64,000 nt of DNA, taken from the IMG/VR virus record IMGVR_UViG_3300017766_004071, positions 1 through 64,000 of that record; one strand, written 5' to 3'. Positions 30,700-41,169 of this stretch are shown here, one piece after another (positions within the stretch are counted from its first letter, which is position 1; each line of letters starts with the position of its first letter). The stretch is from an uncultured virus (IMG/VR IMGVR_UViG_3300017766_004071) (Duplodnaviria; Heunggongvirae; Uroviricota; Caudoviricetes). The translations under genes were made by a program, and so were the position numbers. A model generated the notes under the pieces. That model did no database searches, had not been told where the DNA came from, and was given only the letters and a program-made list of their open reading frames with translations.

Positions 30700-30954
30700 A
30701 TGTTGAGTAACGAATCATTAAAAGAATTTACTTGGATAATGAAAGTATTGGATTCTTGTGAAAATAATTCACAAATTGAAACTACTATTAAGTTATTTGA
30801 GTTATATTTGAAGAAATGGAAAATGAATATGAATTCAAAACACATCTCAACTTTCAATTCTAACTTTGAAAAGGAAAAGAAATCAAAAATGATTTCATTT
30901 AAGAGAAAAGGGAAATCAACTCTTTTCGGTTCGTCACAATTTTTCTTATTTTAA
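30700..30954 (+). CDS. Hypothetical protein
   Basis: ORF track. Confidence 0.65.
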   Translation: MLSNESLKEFTWIMKVLDSCENNSQIETTIKLFELYLKKWKMNMNSKHISTFNSNFEKEKKSKMISFKRKGKSTLFGSSQFFLF

Positions 30955-30968
30955 TAAAATTAAATCAT

Positions 30969-31526
30969 ATGGGATATAGTTATACTTGGTTTGGAAGAGC
31001 CAAACGATTTTTAATGCGAGATTTACCTAATTTCTTTAGGAATATATACAAATTCAGAAAAGCTCTGTGGAATCATCACTGGTGGGACTATAGTGGTACA
31101 TTAGATTTCATTGAAATTGGTGTTGATGATATCGCTAATGGTGTTGAAAAAAAAGGTATCGAAATTCAACACAGTAGAATGAAGAAAGTAGCTAAAATGA
31201 GACGTGCTACTGAGATAATTAAAAACATACGTGAAGATAGATATTTTGATATCGTTGAAAAAGAAATGGGAAGAGGTTTGAGTGGGTTTAATTATGATTT
31301 TATACCTCTTGAAGATAAACCAGGTTTCTTGGAAATGGTTGATAAAGATTCTGAAGAAGAAAAAGAGTTCAAAAATAGATATTTTGCTAGAATTAGAGAA
31401 CTAGAAGAGCAGGAGTGGAATGAACTTTGGGATATTTTGAAAGGTCAACACCCAAGTGTTTATGAAAATGAAGGGAATTGGGATGATATTTTTGATGGAA
31501 CAGGAATGCGTGGATGGTGGGATTAA
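30969..31526 (+). CDS. Conserved phage hypothetical protein (..WWD end)
   Basis: HWWDY..MRGWWD. Confidence 0.75.
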   Translation: MGYSYTWFGRAKRFLMRDLPNFFRNIYKFRKALWNHHWWDYSGTLDFIEIGVDDIANGVEKKGIEIQHSRMKKVAKMRRATEIIKNIREDRYFDIVEKEMGRGLSGFNYDFIPLEDKPGFLEMVDKDSEEEKEFKNRYFARIRELEEQEWNELWDILKGQHPSVYENEGNWDDIFDGTGMRGWWD

Positions 31527-31599
31527 ATTTTTTTTTAAAAAAACTCCTAATGTTTTGGAAATAGAAAATAGAATTGTACTTTTGTACTTATTAAATCAT

Positions 31600-32358
31600 A
31601 TGAAAAACAACACTACAATGAAAAACACAATTTTATTCCTACTTTGTCTTCTACCATTAATTTCATTTTCACAAATGGTATACAATGATGGTTATATTTC
31701 AGTTAAATATGTTGATTTACTTGAGAGAGATAGAATTAAAGATTCTGTTTTAATTCCATCTGATAATAAAATAAAAACAAACAAAGTATACGTTGTTGAA
31801 GGTAATAGATTACCAACATCAAAAAGTGAGTATTTCTCCAATGAAGATTTAACTATGTTTAGTTTAAATAATTTTGTTAGTGAGTATTCTAATGATTTAG
31901 TATTAGACAATTATAAAAATCCTAGTAAAATAACTTTTAAAAATACAAATTTTGAAGTATTTTTAGAAAAAGATAATCGTTTAAATTTTTATAGTGGATA
32001 TGGTTTTTTTGAATTTGATAGTATTATACAATACACAACAAATCAAGATTTCAGAGTTGAGATTGTGTACTATGATGGTTTGATAACTTCGGTTGAATTT
32101 AATTTTGACTATATAGGAGAAAAAACTTTAAATTCCACATTGAAATGGTTCAATTCATTATCTGATAATCAAAAAAATTTATACAATATTAGTGATAATC
32201 AAGATATGATAAATCTTTGGATTGATTATCAATTTATGAATTCAATGTCAGAATCACTACCAAATAAAAATTTTAGAAATAATATTGTTAAAAATGAAGC
32301 ATTTTCTTTCGTTTTTTCAAATAACGATTTAAACATTATCAATAAAAAAGAATGGTAA
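31600..32358 (+). CDS. Exported protein with signal peptide
   Basis: Bacteroidota promoter at 31554-31584; MKNTILFLLCLLPLISFSQ signal. Confidence 0.7.
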   Translation: MKNNTTMKNTILFLLCLLPLISFSQMVYNDGYISVKYVDLLERDRIKDSVLIPSDNKIKTNKVYVVEGNRLPTSKSEYFSNEDLTMFSLNNFVSEYSNDLVLDNYKNPSKITFKNTNFEVFLEKDNRLNFYSGYGFFEFDSIIQYTTNQDFRVEIVYYDGLITSVEFNFDYIGEKTLNSTLKWFNSLSDNQKNLYNISDNQDMINLWIDYQFMNSMSESLPNKNFRNNIVKNEAFSFVFSNNDLNIINKKEW

Positions 32359-32390
32359 AAAAAAAACACTACGTTTCCGTAGTGTTTTTT

Positions 32391-33398
32391 TTATCCTAAT
32401 TGAATTGTTTTAGGTTCACCAACTCTAGGCGGACTTATCGTAGTAACGTTAATTAAAACTCTATCATATTTAAGTTTTAAATCTGAAACCAATTTTGGAA
32501 TTGGTGCTGTAAGTGACCCTGACACATTTAAATCTTTATTAATACTTCTTATTATGGTGTCTAGTTGTGGATTAATTGTTATTAAATACTCAATAGAAGG
32601 AATAGTAACAATTCCGTTTTGCGTTATTCCTCCACTATTTATGAATTTTTTAAATGTACTACAAAGTGCATCTAAAAGTTTTTTTCTGTTTTCTTCTTCT
32701 GTCTTACCAATCCTATTTTTATCAATAGAAAAATCTGCTGAAACAAATACCTTTTCATTTAATTTTAAATTATTCAATGATACATTATCTACAGAAGGAA
32801 ATGAAACATTATTACCTAATTTTAGTTCATTTTCTACAAATTTTACAATTTCAGATTTAAAATTTTGAATATTTTTGATTAATCTATTAATTTGTTCAAC
32901 ATTATACTTTGGTAAATCATCTTCAATAATATGATTTATATCGTCAGTTGTTGGTTCTGCTGGTAAGCCAGGAAAATTAGACCTAAATTTATCTCTTAAA
33001 GTATTAAATCTTGTGTTGAATTCTCGTTTTTCTTCAGGGTCAAGTGGTAAACCATCTCTTTTTCTTACGTTTCTGATAATTGTACCAAAAGAAAGCCCAA
33101 GTGATACCATTAAATAATCTTTTAAAACTTGAGAATTATCTTTTATCGCTATGGTTAATCCATCCCCATATCCTTCCTTTAAAGGACCTGGTTTTTTTCC
33201 ATTATATTTTAAATTTGTATTTTTATCAATTTCAATTTTAAGTGTTGTCATTGTATCAGGTGTGACTAATCCTTTACCACCTTCACAATAAAGTTGAAGT
33301 ACTGTAGGTCCATACGCTATAGGTTTTTCTTGTTCAAATATCACACGTTTAACTAATTTTATTAAATCATTTTCAGTTAATCTTATTATTTTTTTCAT
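32391..33398 (-). CDS. Leader-tagged protein
   Basis: MKKIIRLTENDLIKLVKRVIFE starts at 33398. Confidence 0.75.
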   Translation of the reverse strand: MKKIIRLTENDLIKLVKRVIFEQEKPIAYGPTVLQLYCEGGKGLVTPDTMTTLKIEIDKNTNLKYNGKKPGPLKEGYGDGLTIAIKDNSQVLKDYLMVSLGLSFGTIIRNVRKRDGLPLDPEEKREFNTRFNTLRDKFRSNFPGLPAEPTTDDINHIIEDDLPKYNVEQINRLIKNIQNFKSEIVKFVENELKLGNNVSFPSVDNVSLNNLKLNEKVFVSADFSIDKNRIGKTEEENRKKLLDALCSTFKKFINSGGITQNGIVTIPSIEYLITINPQLDTIIRSINKDLNVSGSLTAPIPKLVSDLKLKYDRVLINVTTISPPRVGEPKTIQLG

Positions 33399-33447
33399 AA
33401 AGTTTGTTTTTATCATAAATATAACTATCTTTGAAAAAAAAGTAAAA

Positions 33448-34170
33448 ATGAAAATTACATTTATATCTGACACACACTCCAAACACAAATTAATCACTGA
33501 TGACTTAATTGGTGGAAATTTATTAATCCACGCTGGGGATATATCTTCAATGGGTTATAAACACGAAATTGAAGATTTTTGTGAGTGGTATAATAGTTTG
33601 GAAAATTATGACTTCAAAATGTTCATTGCAGGTAATCACGATTGGGGTTTCATAGATAGAGAGCCATTCTTTGTTCATAGAAGTGTCCTAATCCCCAAAT
33701 CTACCGAAGAAATATTAAATACCTATAAGAACTTTGAATACCTAAGAGATAATTCAGTAGAAGTCCAAATTGGGGATGAAAACCCAGTGAAGATATATGG
33801 TAGTCCTTGGCAACCAGAATTCTTTGATTGGGCATTTAATCTACCAAGAAAAGGTGAGGAACTGAAACGTAGATGGAATAATATTCCAACTGATACTGAC
33901 ATCTTAATCACTCACGGACCAGCTTATGGTTACCTAGATAAAGTAATTGGTAGAACTGACCATCTTGGGTGTGAACTATTGACTAAAAGAATTAAAGAGA
34001 TAAAACCAAAAATTCACGTTTGTGGTCATATTCATACTGGTTATGGTTATACTTTTGATGGTGATACTCATTACATAAACGCATCAGTTCTTAATGAACA
34101 ATATGCTTATAGTAATAAACCACTTACAATTGATTGGAATCCAACAACAAATGAATTAGAATTCATATAA
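33448..34170 (+). CDS. Calcineurin-like metallophosphoesterase
   Basis: SDTH, HAGD, GNHD, THGP, GHIH motifs. Confidence 0.93.
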   Translation: MKITFISDTHSKHKLITDDLIGGNLLIHAGDISSMGYKHEIEDFCEWYNSLENYDFKMFIAGNHDWGFIDREPFFVHRSVLIPKSTEEILNTYKNFEYLRDNSVEVQIGDENPVKIYGSPWQPEFFDWAFNLPRKGEELKRRWNNIPTDTDILITHGPAYGYLDKVIGRTDHLGCELLTKRIKEIKPKIHVCGHIHTGYGYTFDGDTHYINASVLNEQYAYSNKPLTIDWNPTTNELEFI

Positions 34171-34199
34171 AAAAACCCCCATTTATTGGGGGTTATTTT

Positions 34200-35000
34200 T
34201 TAAGATAATAAACTATTAAATTTTTTAAATTCTTGTAAACGATGAGCTAAACCATTTGTTCCACCATTCACTCTTCTTGTTACTTTTGTTACAACATCAT
34301 CTGTTGAACCTTCATCACACATAGGCCAAAGACCTACATTGTTGAAAAAGAACGCAGCAGAACCAAGTGGGTATTTAGTTGCCACCAAATCAGGATTTAC
34401 GACACAATCTTCACCAATGAATTTTGAGAAGATTTCATAATTTTGTTTACCTGTAAGTTGAATGTAGCCACGGCCTCTGAATTTCCATCCTTCTTTTGAC
34501 GTTTCATCACCATTACCCATCCTACTTCCATAAACACGAGATGCAATTTTCTCAGGTTGGTGAGCATAAGATTCAGCTAAGTTACCAGGGAAATATCCAC
34601 CGAAGATTTTCATCAAACCATCTTTTGAATAGTTTAAATTTTCTGATACCGCTTTGAAATTACCTGACTCGTGAGAACATTGAGCTAAGAAATGTGCCAA
34701 ACGAAGATTTGTGATGAGGTTAAATTTTTCAGCAATTAAACCAATCTCGTCAATCACATTTTGAGGTACGTGACCTTTAAGTTTCTCCAATTTTAATGGT
34801 TCTTTTTTGACTGTGGGTATTTCAATTCCCATTTTACCCAAAGTCACTTGACCTGCAATACCATCGGCAACTAACCCATTCTTAGATTGCCATTCTTTTA
34901 GTACTTTTTCAGTACCAGGACCGAATATACCATCGGCAGTTACCCCCAATTTTTCTTGTAGGAGTTTTACTAAAGCTCCTTGTGAACCAATTTTTAACAT
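34200..35000 (-). CDS. Endolysin: peptidoglycan-binding domain + GH19 catalytic domain
   Basis: DGIFGPGT..DGIAG; AHFLAQCSHES..ENLNYS..FRGRGYIQLTGKQNY..VNGGTNGL. Confidence 0.92.
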   Translation of the reverse strand: MLKIGSQGALVKLLQEKLGVTADGIFGPGTEKVLKEWQSKNGLVADGIAGQVTLGKMGIEIPTVKKEPLKLEKLKGHVPQNVIDEIGLIAEKFNLITNLRLAHFLAQCSHESGNFKAVSENLNYSKDGLMKIFGGYFPGNLAESYAHQPEKIASRVYGSRMGNGDETSKEGWKFRGRGYIQLTGKQNYEIFSKFIGEDCVVNPDLVATKYPLGSAAFFFNNVGLWPMCDEGSTDDVVTKVTRRVNGGTNGLAHRLQEFKKFNSLLS

Positions 35001-35073
35001 AGTTTTATATTTTTAAAATAAATACTAACAATCATAACAAATCTGATATTTATTATTGTTAATTTTTTTAAAA

Positions 35074-36834
35074 ATGTCATTCAAAGTTAAAAGAACTATT
35101 TACTTTTCATTTTTTATAATGTTTCTGTTCGTTATAATAAATCTTATTTCTCTTGTTTCACCAAAAGAGATATCAACTTATTTGAGTATTTTAGAAATTT
35201 TCAGTTTAATATTTTTATTTCCCTTATTCTGTTATTTAGGAAACGTTTACACCAGAAAACTAAAGTTAGTTACAAACCACAACAGATATTCAAACAAACT
35301 AAATGAATTAATAATTGAGGAGTCTCACAATCCATTATTCTACCAAGGTAATATAAATGAGGGTGGAAAACTTTTAACTAAAAAGATTTCTGAAGTACTA
35401 AATGTTGATAGAGTTTCAATTTGGTTATATGGTAAGAATAAAAGTTCCATAATTTGTAAACAATTATATATAAAAAACGATAAAATATGGGATGAAGGTA
35501 TTTTTTTAAATAAAAAAGATTTTTTACCATATTTTAATCATTTAGAAATTGACCCAATCATTGTTGCCAATAATGCTGAGAAACACGAAGCAACTTCTTG
35601 TTTTACTGAATCTTATTTAAGACCAAATAAAATAAAATCTATTTTAGATGTACCAATAATTTATCGTGGTGAAGTTATTGGAGTATTTTGTTTTGAGAAT
35701 TTAAAGGTAAGAGATTGGTTACAAATTGAAATAAATTTTGGACAAGTTATTGCGTCAATATATTCTTTTACATATTCAATTATGGAGACTAAAAAAGCAC
35801 AAGAAGAATTAAAAGAGTTTGAAAACTTTGTAGATAATTCAGTATTAGTTTCAAATGCGGATAAAAAAGGTAGGATAACTTATGTTAACAAAAGATTTGA
35901 AGAAGTTTCAGGGTGGAAAATGGGAGAAACCATAGGTAAAGACCACAATATTGTAAGTTCTAATTTACATCCAAAAGAATTTTGGAAAGAAATGTATAAT
36001 GTTGTAGTAAAACAGAAAAAAATATGGAATGATGTAATAACGAACAAAAGTAAAAATGGTGATTTGTATTGGGTTGATTCATTTATTAAAGCTGATTTTG
36101 ATGAAAAGGGTAATCTTAAAGGGTATCGTTCAATCAGATATGATGTAACCGAAATCATTAAACAAAATATTGAAATAGAGAAAAAGAACACCTATTTAGA
36201 GCATGCAGCAAAGATTCTAAGACACGATATGCACTCAGGTATCAATACATATATCCCTAGAGGAATTAATTCGTTAGAACGAAGATTAACTCCAGAACAA
36301 ATGGAGGAATTAAAAATAACCGCACCATTCAAAATGTTAAAGGATGGGTTGACACATACTCAAAAAGTGTATAATGGTGTTTATGAATTTACAAATTTAG
36401 TTAAAAAAGATTCAGTATTAAACGTCAAAAATTGCGACCTCAAGAAAATACTTGATAATTTCTTATCAACCACATCATACAAAAGTCAGGTTAAAATACA
36501 TTCATTAATTGAGAAAGAAGTAAATGAACCATTATTTTGTACAGCAATAGATAACTTAATTCGTAATGGATTAAAATATAATGATTCAAATACAAAGTTA
36601 GTGACAGTCCAAATGGAGGGTAATTATTTAATTATTCAGGATAATGGTCGAGGATTAACTCAAGAAGATTTTATAAAATATTCAAAACCATATTCAAGGA
36701 AGGAAGGACAAAAAGAAAGTGGAACTGGATTAGGTTTAAATATTTGTATTGCAATATTGAATGAACACGGATTTGAGGTTTCTTGTGAAAAAAATGAAAT
36801 AGGTACTAAATTCAAAATAAACTTAGAAAAATAA
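35074..36834 (+). CDS. Membrane sensor histidine kinase (TM-GAF-PAS-HisKA-HATPase)
   Basis: Two N-terminal TMs; GAF (DRVSIW..LDVPI); PAS (GRITYVN..YWVD); RHD H-box; NLIRNGLKY, DNGRG, GTGLGL. Confidence 0.9.
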   Translation: MSFKVKRTIYFSFFIMFLFVIINLISLVSPKEISTYLSILEIFSLIFLFPLFCYLGNVYTRKLKLVTNHNRYSNKLNELIIEESHNPLFYQGNINEGGKLLTKKISEVLNVDRVSIWLYGKNKSSIICKQLYIKNDKIWDEGIFLNKKDFLPYFNHLEIDPIIVANNAEKHEATSCFTESYLRPNKIKSILDVPIIYRGEVIGVFCFENLKVRDWLQIEINFGQVIASIYSFTYSIMETKKAQEELKEFENFVDNSVLVSNADKKGRITYVNKRFEEVSGWKMGETIGKDHNIVSSNLHPKEFWKEMYNVVVKQKKIWNDVITNKSKNGDLYWVDSFIKADFDEKGNLKGYRSIRYDVTEIIKQNIEIEKKNTYLEHAAKILRHDMHSGINTYIPRGINSLERRLTPEQMEELKITAPFKMLKDGLTHTQKVYNGVYEFTNLVKKDSVLNVKNCDLKKILDNFLSTTSYKSQVKIHSLIEKEVNEPLFCTAIDNLIRNGLKYNDSNTKLVTVQMEGNYLIIQDNGRGLTQEDFIKYSKPYSRKEGQKESGTGLGLNICIAILNEHGFEVSCEKNEIGTKFKINLEK

Positions 36835-36839
36835 AAAAA

Positions 36840-37271
36840 ATGATTGAATCTTTAATGTTAATTGATGATGAGGACTTGTTCCATTTGGTGTTTGAAGATG
36901 CTTGTTCGTTATTGGATATAAGTTTGTCTTTAAAGGCATTGACGAGTTCTGATGAAGCCGCAAAACTATTTGAGAAGTGGCATAAAAATGGAGACAAGAA
37001 ACCTGAGTGTGTTTTTGTTGATTTAAATTTGATAGGTTCATCATTTGATGGTATTGAACTTATAAGAAAAATAAATTTTGAGTTTGGAAATCACGTTATT
37101 ATTGGGATAATATCATCATCCAATGAACCTGAAGAACAAACAAAAGCATTACAAGCTGGAGCTCAATTTTGGATTATTAAATCTGATGATATTGAACCTA
37201 GATTAGAATCGTTTAGACAAGATTATGAGGGATATAAAAATAGAACAGCCCCATTTAAAGTATACTCATGA
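36840..37271 (+). CDS. Single-domain response regulator
   Basis: LIDDE..VFVDLNL..DG..SSS..GA..IIK receiver motifs. Confidence 0.88.
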   Translation: MIESLMLIDDEDLFHLVFEDACSLLDISLSLKALTSSDEAAKLFEKWHKNGDKKPECVFVDLNLIGSSFDGIELIRKINFEFGNHVIIGIISSSNEPEEQTKALQAGAQFWIIKSDDIEPRLESFRQDYEGYKNRTAPFKVYS

Positions 37272-37945
37272 AAATTTGTAAACAAACTAAGAATGAATTA
37301 ATTGACCTCCTTAATAAAAAGGATGTTGGATTAGAAGGAAACATATTAAAAATTTTGGACACATCAGATGACCCAGAATTTAAAGAATATATTGACACTT
37401 GTAAGAAAAAAGACTCAGAATCAAGGAAAAAACGTCTGGAGATTACAAAACAGATTCAAATAAAAAATAGAGAACTTGAGGATTTGAATACAGAAAATAA
37501 GAGAATAATGGAAGAACTCCAAAAAACCTTATTAGATGTTGAAAGTACTAAATCAACGTTAGAAATTCAAAATCAAGAACTAATTACTTGGAAAGAAGAT
37601 AATGAAAGAATAAGTTTGGAACTCAAGGAAGCTATGGATAAGTCAGAAATAGCAAGAATTGAGGCGGAAAGTGCTAAACAAACAGCACTAAATGACTTAG
37701 ATATTATACAAAAAAGAAAACAAACTGAATTAATTGGGAGTATTGTAACAATTGCATTAGGTGTGATTATATCAATCGGAATTATCACCACTTTTATGTA
37801 TATTTTAGCTTTATTGATAAATAAAGATACTCAAATGATAGGTTCAACTTGGTCAAATATGTTAGGTATTCTTTTAACTAATGCTTTTAGTATAATTGGA
37901 ACGATAATGGGGGTTAAATATTCTTCTAAAGAAGGAAAAGAGTGA
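37268..37945 (+). CDS. Coiled-coil protein with two C-terminal TM helices
   Basis: ATGA-coupled to the regulator. Confidence 0.75.
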   Translation: MKICKQTKNELIDLLNKKDVGLEGNILKILDTSDDPEFKEYIDTCKKKDSESRKKRLEITKQIQIKNRELEDLNTENKRIMEELQKTLLDVESTKSTLEIQNQELITWKEDNERISLELKEAMDKSEIARIEAESAKQTALNDLDIIQKRKQTELIGSIVTIALGVIISIGIITTFMYILALLINKDTQMIGSTWSNMLGILLTNAFSIIGTIMGVKYSSKEGKE

Positions 37946-37958
37946 AAAAAAAAGGGGT

Positions 37959-38144
37959 CTATTTCGACCCCTTTTTTAATTTATTAAATTTTGGTTCTCC
38001 TTTATAGATATTTTCTATTTCATATGGTGTTTTACTGATTCTTTTGTCATATTTCCATATTTGAATAATATCATCCCCATCAACAACAACCTCGTATTTA
38101 GTAGTTCCAGTGTTAATCGGTTCAGGATTTTGTTTTTTTGCCAT
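37959..38144 (-). CDS. Small hypothetical protein
   Basis: ORF track. Confidence 0.6.
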   Translation of the reverse strand: MAKKQNPEPINTGTTKYEVVVDGDDIIQIWKYDKRISKTPYEIENIYKGEPKFNKLKKGSK

Positions 38145-38146
38145 AA

Positions 38147-38980
38147 TTAAGCGATGTCTAGACTAAGTTTTTTTTGAAGATTAAGTTCATATGCTCTTGC
38201 CAATCTGGTCATACCACAACCCCAACCAAATCTTGGGAAGAAGTCCAAAGATAAGAAATCTTCCAAATCTTTTTCTACTCTTTCCTTACCAAATAATTCA
38301 AAAAGTTTTCCAGCGTAGTTTCCACCTTCAATTGTGTAGAACATTTCTTTCATACTTTCTTTATCACAACTTCTTTCTGCTGAACCAATAGTCTCTTGGC
38401 CAAATAATATTACGTCAACTTTGTTGAATTTGTCTCCATCACCTTTTTGCATATTCCAGAATGGGTTTGTTCGCAATGGAAAATTTTGAAGAGAAATTGA
38501 ATCACCGATTTCATCCCACATTTTTGTTTCGTGTTCAGCCTCAAGGATTTCTGTACCATAATGTTCACATAGTTGGTTATAATCAACAACTTTTGGTGTA
38601 TCAAAACCAAGATATTCCAGCATTTCAGCTTGAAGTTTAACCATATCTTCTTTAGTACCTTTAGTCTCAACCTCAAACATAGGAAAAATTAAATCATGTC
38701 TTCCAGGTATTGGTGTTTTCTCTTGTCTATATGATGTTGAGATACAATATACTCCAGGATATTCAGGATTTTTCAATAATTCGTACTCAAGCCACATCTG
38801 TCCAGTCTGCGGTAATGGCCAAACCTCATTAGAATACTCAAATGTTGTGATGCTATGTGGATTTTCACATGCGGCTAAGATAGAGAGTCTTGATTGAGTA
38901 GGTACTTCTAAGAAACCTTTAGCTTGGAAGAAGGTTCTCATTTTTTGAACCAATTCGTTGTAAATTTTAGTGTTTTTCAT
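38147..38980 (-). CDS. Class II aminoacyl-tRNA synthetase catalytic core (Asn/Asp/Lys subclass) without anticodon-binding domain
   Basis: RTFF..GFLEVPT (motif 1), SYRQE..RH..F.M.E (motif 2), ETIGSAER, GWGCGMTRL (motif 3); 277 aa. Confidence 0.85.
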   Translation of the reverse strand: MKNTKIYNELVQKMRTFFQAKGFLEVPTQSRLSILAACENPHSITTFEYSNEVWPLPQTGQMWLEYELLKNPEYPGVYCISTSYRQEKTPIPGRHDLIFPMFEVETKGTKEDMVKLQAEMLEYLGFDTPKVVDYNQLCEHYGTEILEAEHETKMWDEIGDSISLQNFPLRTNPFWNMQKGDGDKFNKVDVILFGQETIGSAERSCDKESMKEMFYTIEGGNYAGKLFELFGKERVEKDLEDFLSLDFFPRFGWGCGMTRLARAYELNLQKKLSLDIA

Positions 38981-39160
38981 TTTTTAAAAAAGTGTTTTTA
39001 GTTTATTAATTTATATGATAAAAAAAATCCCCCTAATAATAGGAGGATTAGTAAGATAAAATTTGATTTATGTTGATTAGATTAGTTCCCATTGATTTTG
39101 TTTTAGGAATAAATACAACATATTTTTTAAAAAAACAATAATTTTATAAAAAAAATTTAA

Positions 39161-39190
39161 TTTGTCATAAAAACTGACAAATTGTCAGTT
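39161..39190. promoter_or_regulatory. Inverted-repeat operator upstream of dnaK
   Basis: AACTGACAA-A-TTGTCAGTT plus an upstream TGTCA half-site. Confidence 0.55.
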
Positions 39191-39286
39191 ATTTTTACTA
39201 TGGTATTGTTTTTATACATTAAAATATAAATTTTGGATTGACTCCATAAAAAATAAAATATATTATTAAACAAAAACAGAAAAATT

Positions 39287-41155
39287 ATGAGTAAAATTTT
39301 AGGAATTGACTTAGGTACGACAAATTCGTGCGTTGCAATTATGGAAAATGGTGAACCAGTGATTATCACCAATTCGGAAGGTAAACGAACTACCCCATCA
39401 ATTGTTGGATTTATTGATGGAGGGGAAAGAAAGATTGGAGACCCTGCTAAAAGACAATCTGTAACAAATCCAGACAAGACTGTGTATTCAATTAAACGAT
39501 TTATGGGCTCAAATTATGACGAAATCAAGTCTGAGGTTAAGAGAGTACCATATAATGTCGTAAAAGGGAAAAATAACACACCTAAAGTGAATATAGATGG
39601 TAAAGAATATTCCCCACAAGAAATATCTGCTATGGTATTACAGAAGATGAAACAAACCGCTGAGGATTATTTGGGTCAATCAGTAACTGAGGCAGTAATT
39701 ACCGTTCCAGCATACTTTAATGATGCTCAAAGACAAGCAACAAAGGAAGCTGGAGAGATTGCTGGGTTGAATGTAAGACGTATCATCAATGAACCAACGG
39801 CTGCAGCATTGGCTTATGGTCTTGATAAGAAGAACAAAGACTCAAAAATCGTTGTTTTTGACTGTGGTGGTGGTACTCATGACGTGTCTATCCTTGAATT
39901 GGGTGGGGGTGTATTTGAAGTATTGTCAACTGATGGTGATACACACCTTGGGGGTGATGATTTTGACCAAGCAATTGTAGATTGGTTAGCAAATGAATTT
40001 AAAAATGAAAATGGGGGATGGAATGATGATTCTATGTCATTACAACGACTAAAAGAAGCCGCAGAAAGGGCTAAAATTGAACTTTCATCATCTCAAAGTA
40101 CTGAAATCAACTTACCATACTTTATGGTCATTGATAACCAACCAAAACACCTTGTAAAAACACTTACAAGAGCCAAATTTGAACAATTGATTGACAAATT
40201 GGTTGAAAGAACTATTGAACCTTGTAAAAGAGCAATGTCAAGCGCAAATCTTACTATCGGAGAGATTGATGAGGTAATTTTAGTTGGAGGTTCAACAAGA
40301 ATACCCGCAATTCAAGAGGCTGTTAAGAAATTCTTCTGAAAAGAACCATCAAAAGGTGTAAATCCTGATGAAGTTGTTGCTTTGGGAGCAGCAATTCAGG
40401 GTGGTGTGTTAGCTGGTGACGTAAAAGATGTACTTTTATTGGATGTTACCCCACTTTCACTAGGAATTGAGACAATGGGTGGTGTATTTACAAAATTAAT
40501 TGAGGCAAACACCACAATTCCAACTAAAAAGTCTCAAATATTCTCAACTGCTATAGATAATCAACCATCTGTTGAAATTCACGTACTTCAAGGTGAGAGA
40601 GCAATGGCTAAAGATAACAAATCAATAGGTAGATTTCACTTGGATGGTATTCCACCATCAATGAGGGGTATTCCTCAAATCGAAGTTACATTTGACATTG
40701 ATTCAAATGGTATTATTAACGTATCAGCTCAAGACAAAGGTACAAATAAGAAACAAACAATTAGAATTGAGTCATCATCAGGTCTTTCTCAAGATGAAAT
40801 TGATAGAATGAAACGTGAAGCTGAAGAAAATGCCGAATCCGATAAGGTTTTGAAAGAAAAAGCTGAAAAAATAAATGAAGCTGACTCAACAATCTTCAAT
40901 ATTGAAAAAGCTTTGAAAGATTTGGATGAAAAAATGAACGAAGAAGAAAAAGAAACAATAAAATCTGAATTGGAACTATTAAAAGAAGCTAAAAATTCAG
41001 GTGATGTCCAATCAATTGATAAAGCATTGGATAATGTAAACATCAAAATGCAAGAAGTAACCCAAAAAATATATGGGAATGTTGGGGAACAATTTAATAA
41101 CCCTGATAATTTTACAGGTTCTGATGTTGAATTTGAAGAAGTTAAGAGTAACTAA
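39287..41155 (+). pseudogene. dnaK: Hsp70 chaperone DnaK, full length but with one in-frame TGA at 40337-40339
   Basis: [36 protein letters not shown]; reads [22 protein letters not shown] where DnaK has FFGKEP. Confidence 0.92.
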
Positions 41156-41169
41156 TGAAAAACCCCTGA

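Noticed and set aside
39287..41155. Genome-wide stop-codon recoding
   Set aside because: TAA, TAG and TGA all end genes normally, coding density is high in code 11, and no suppressor tRNA was found.
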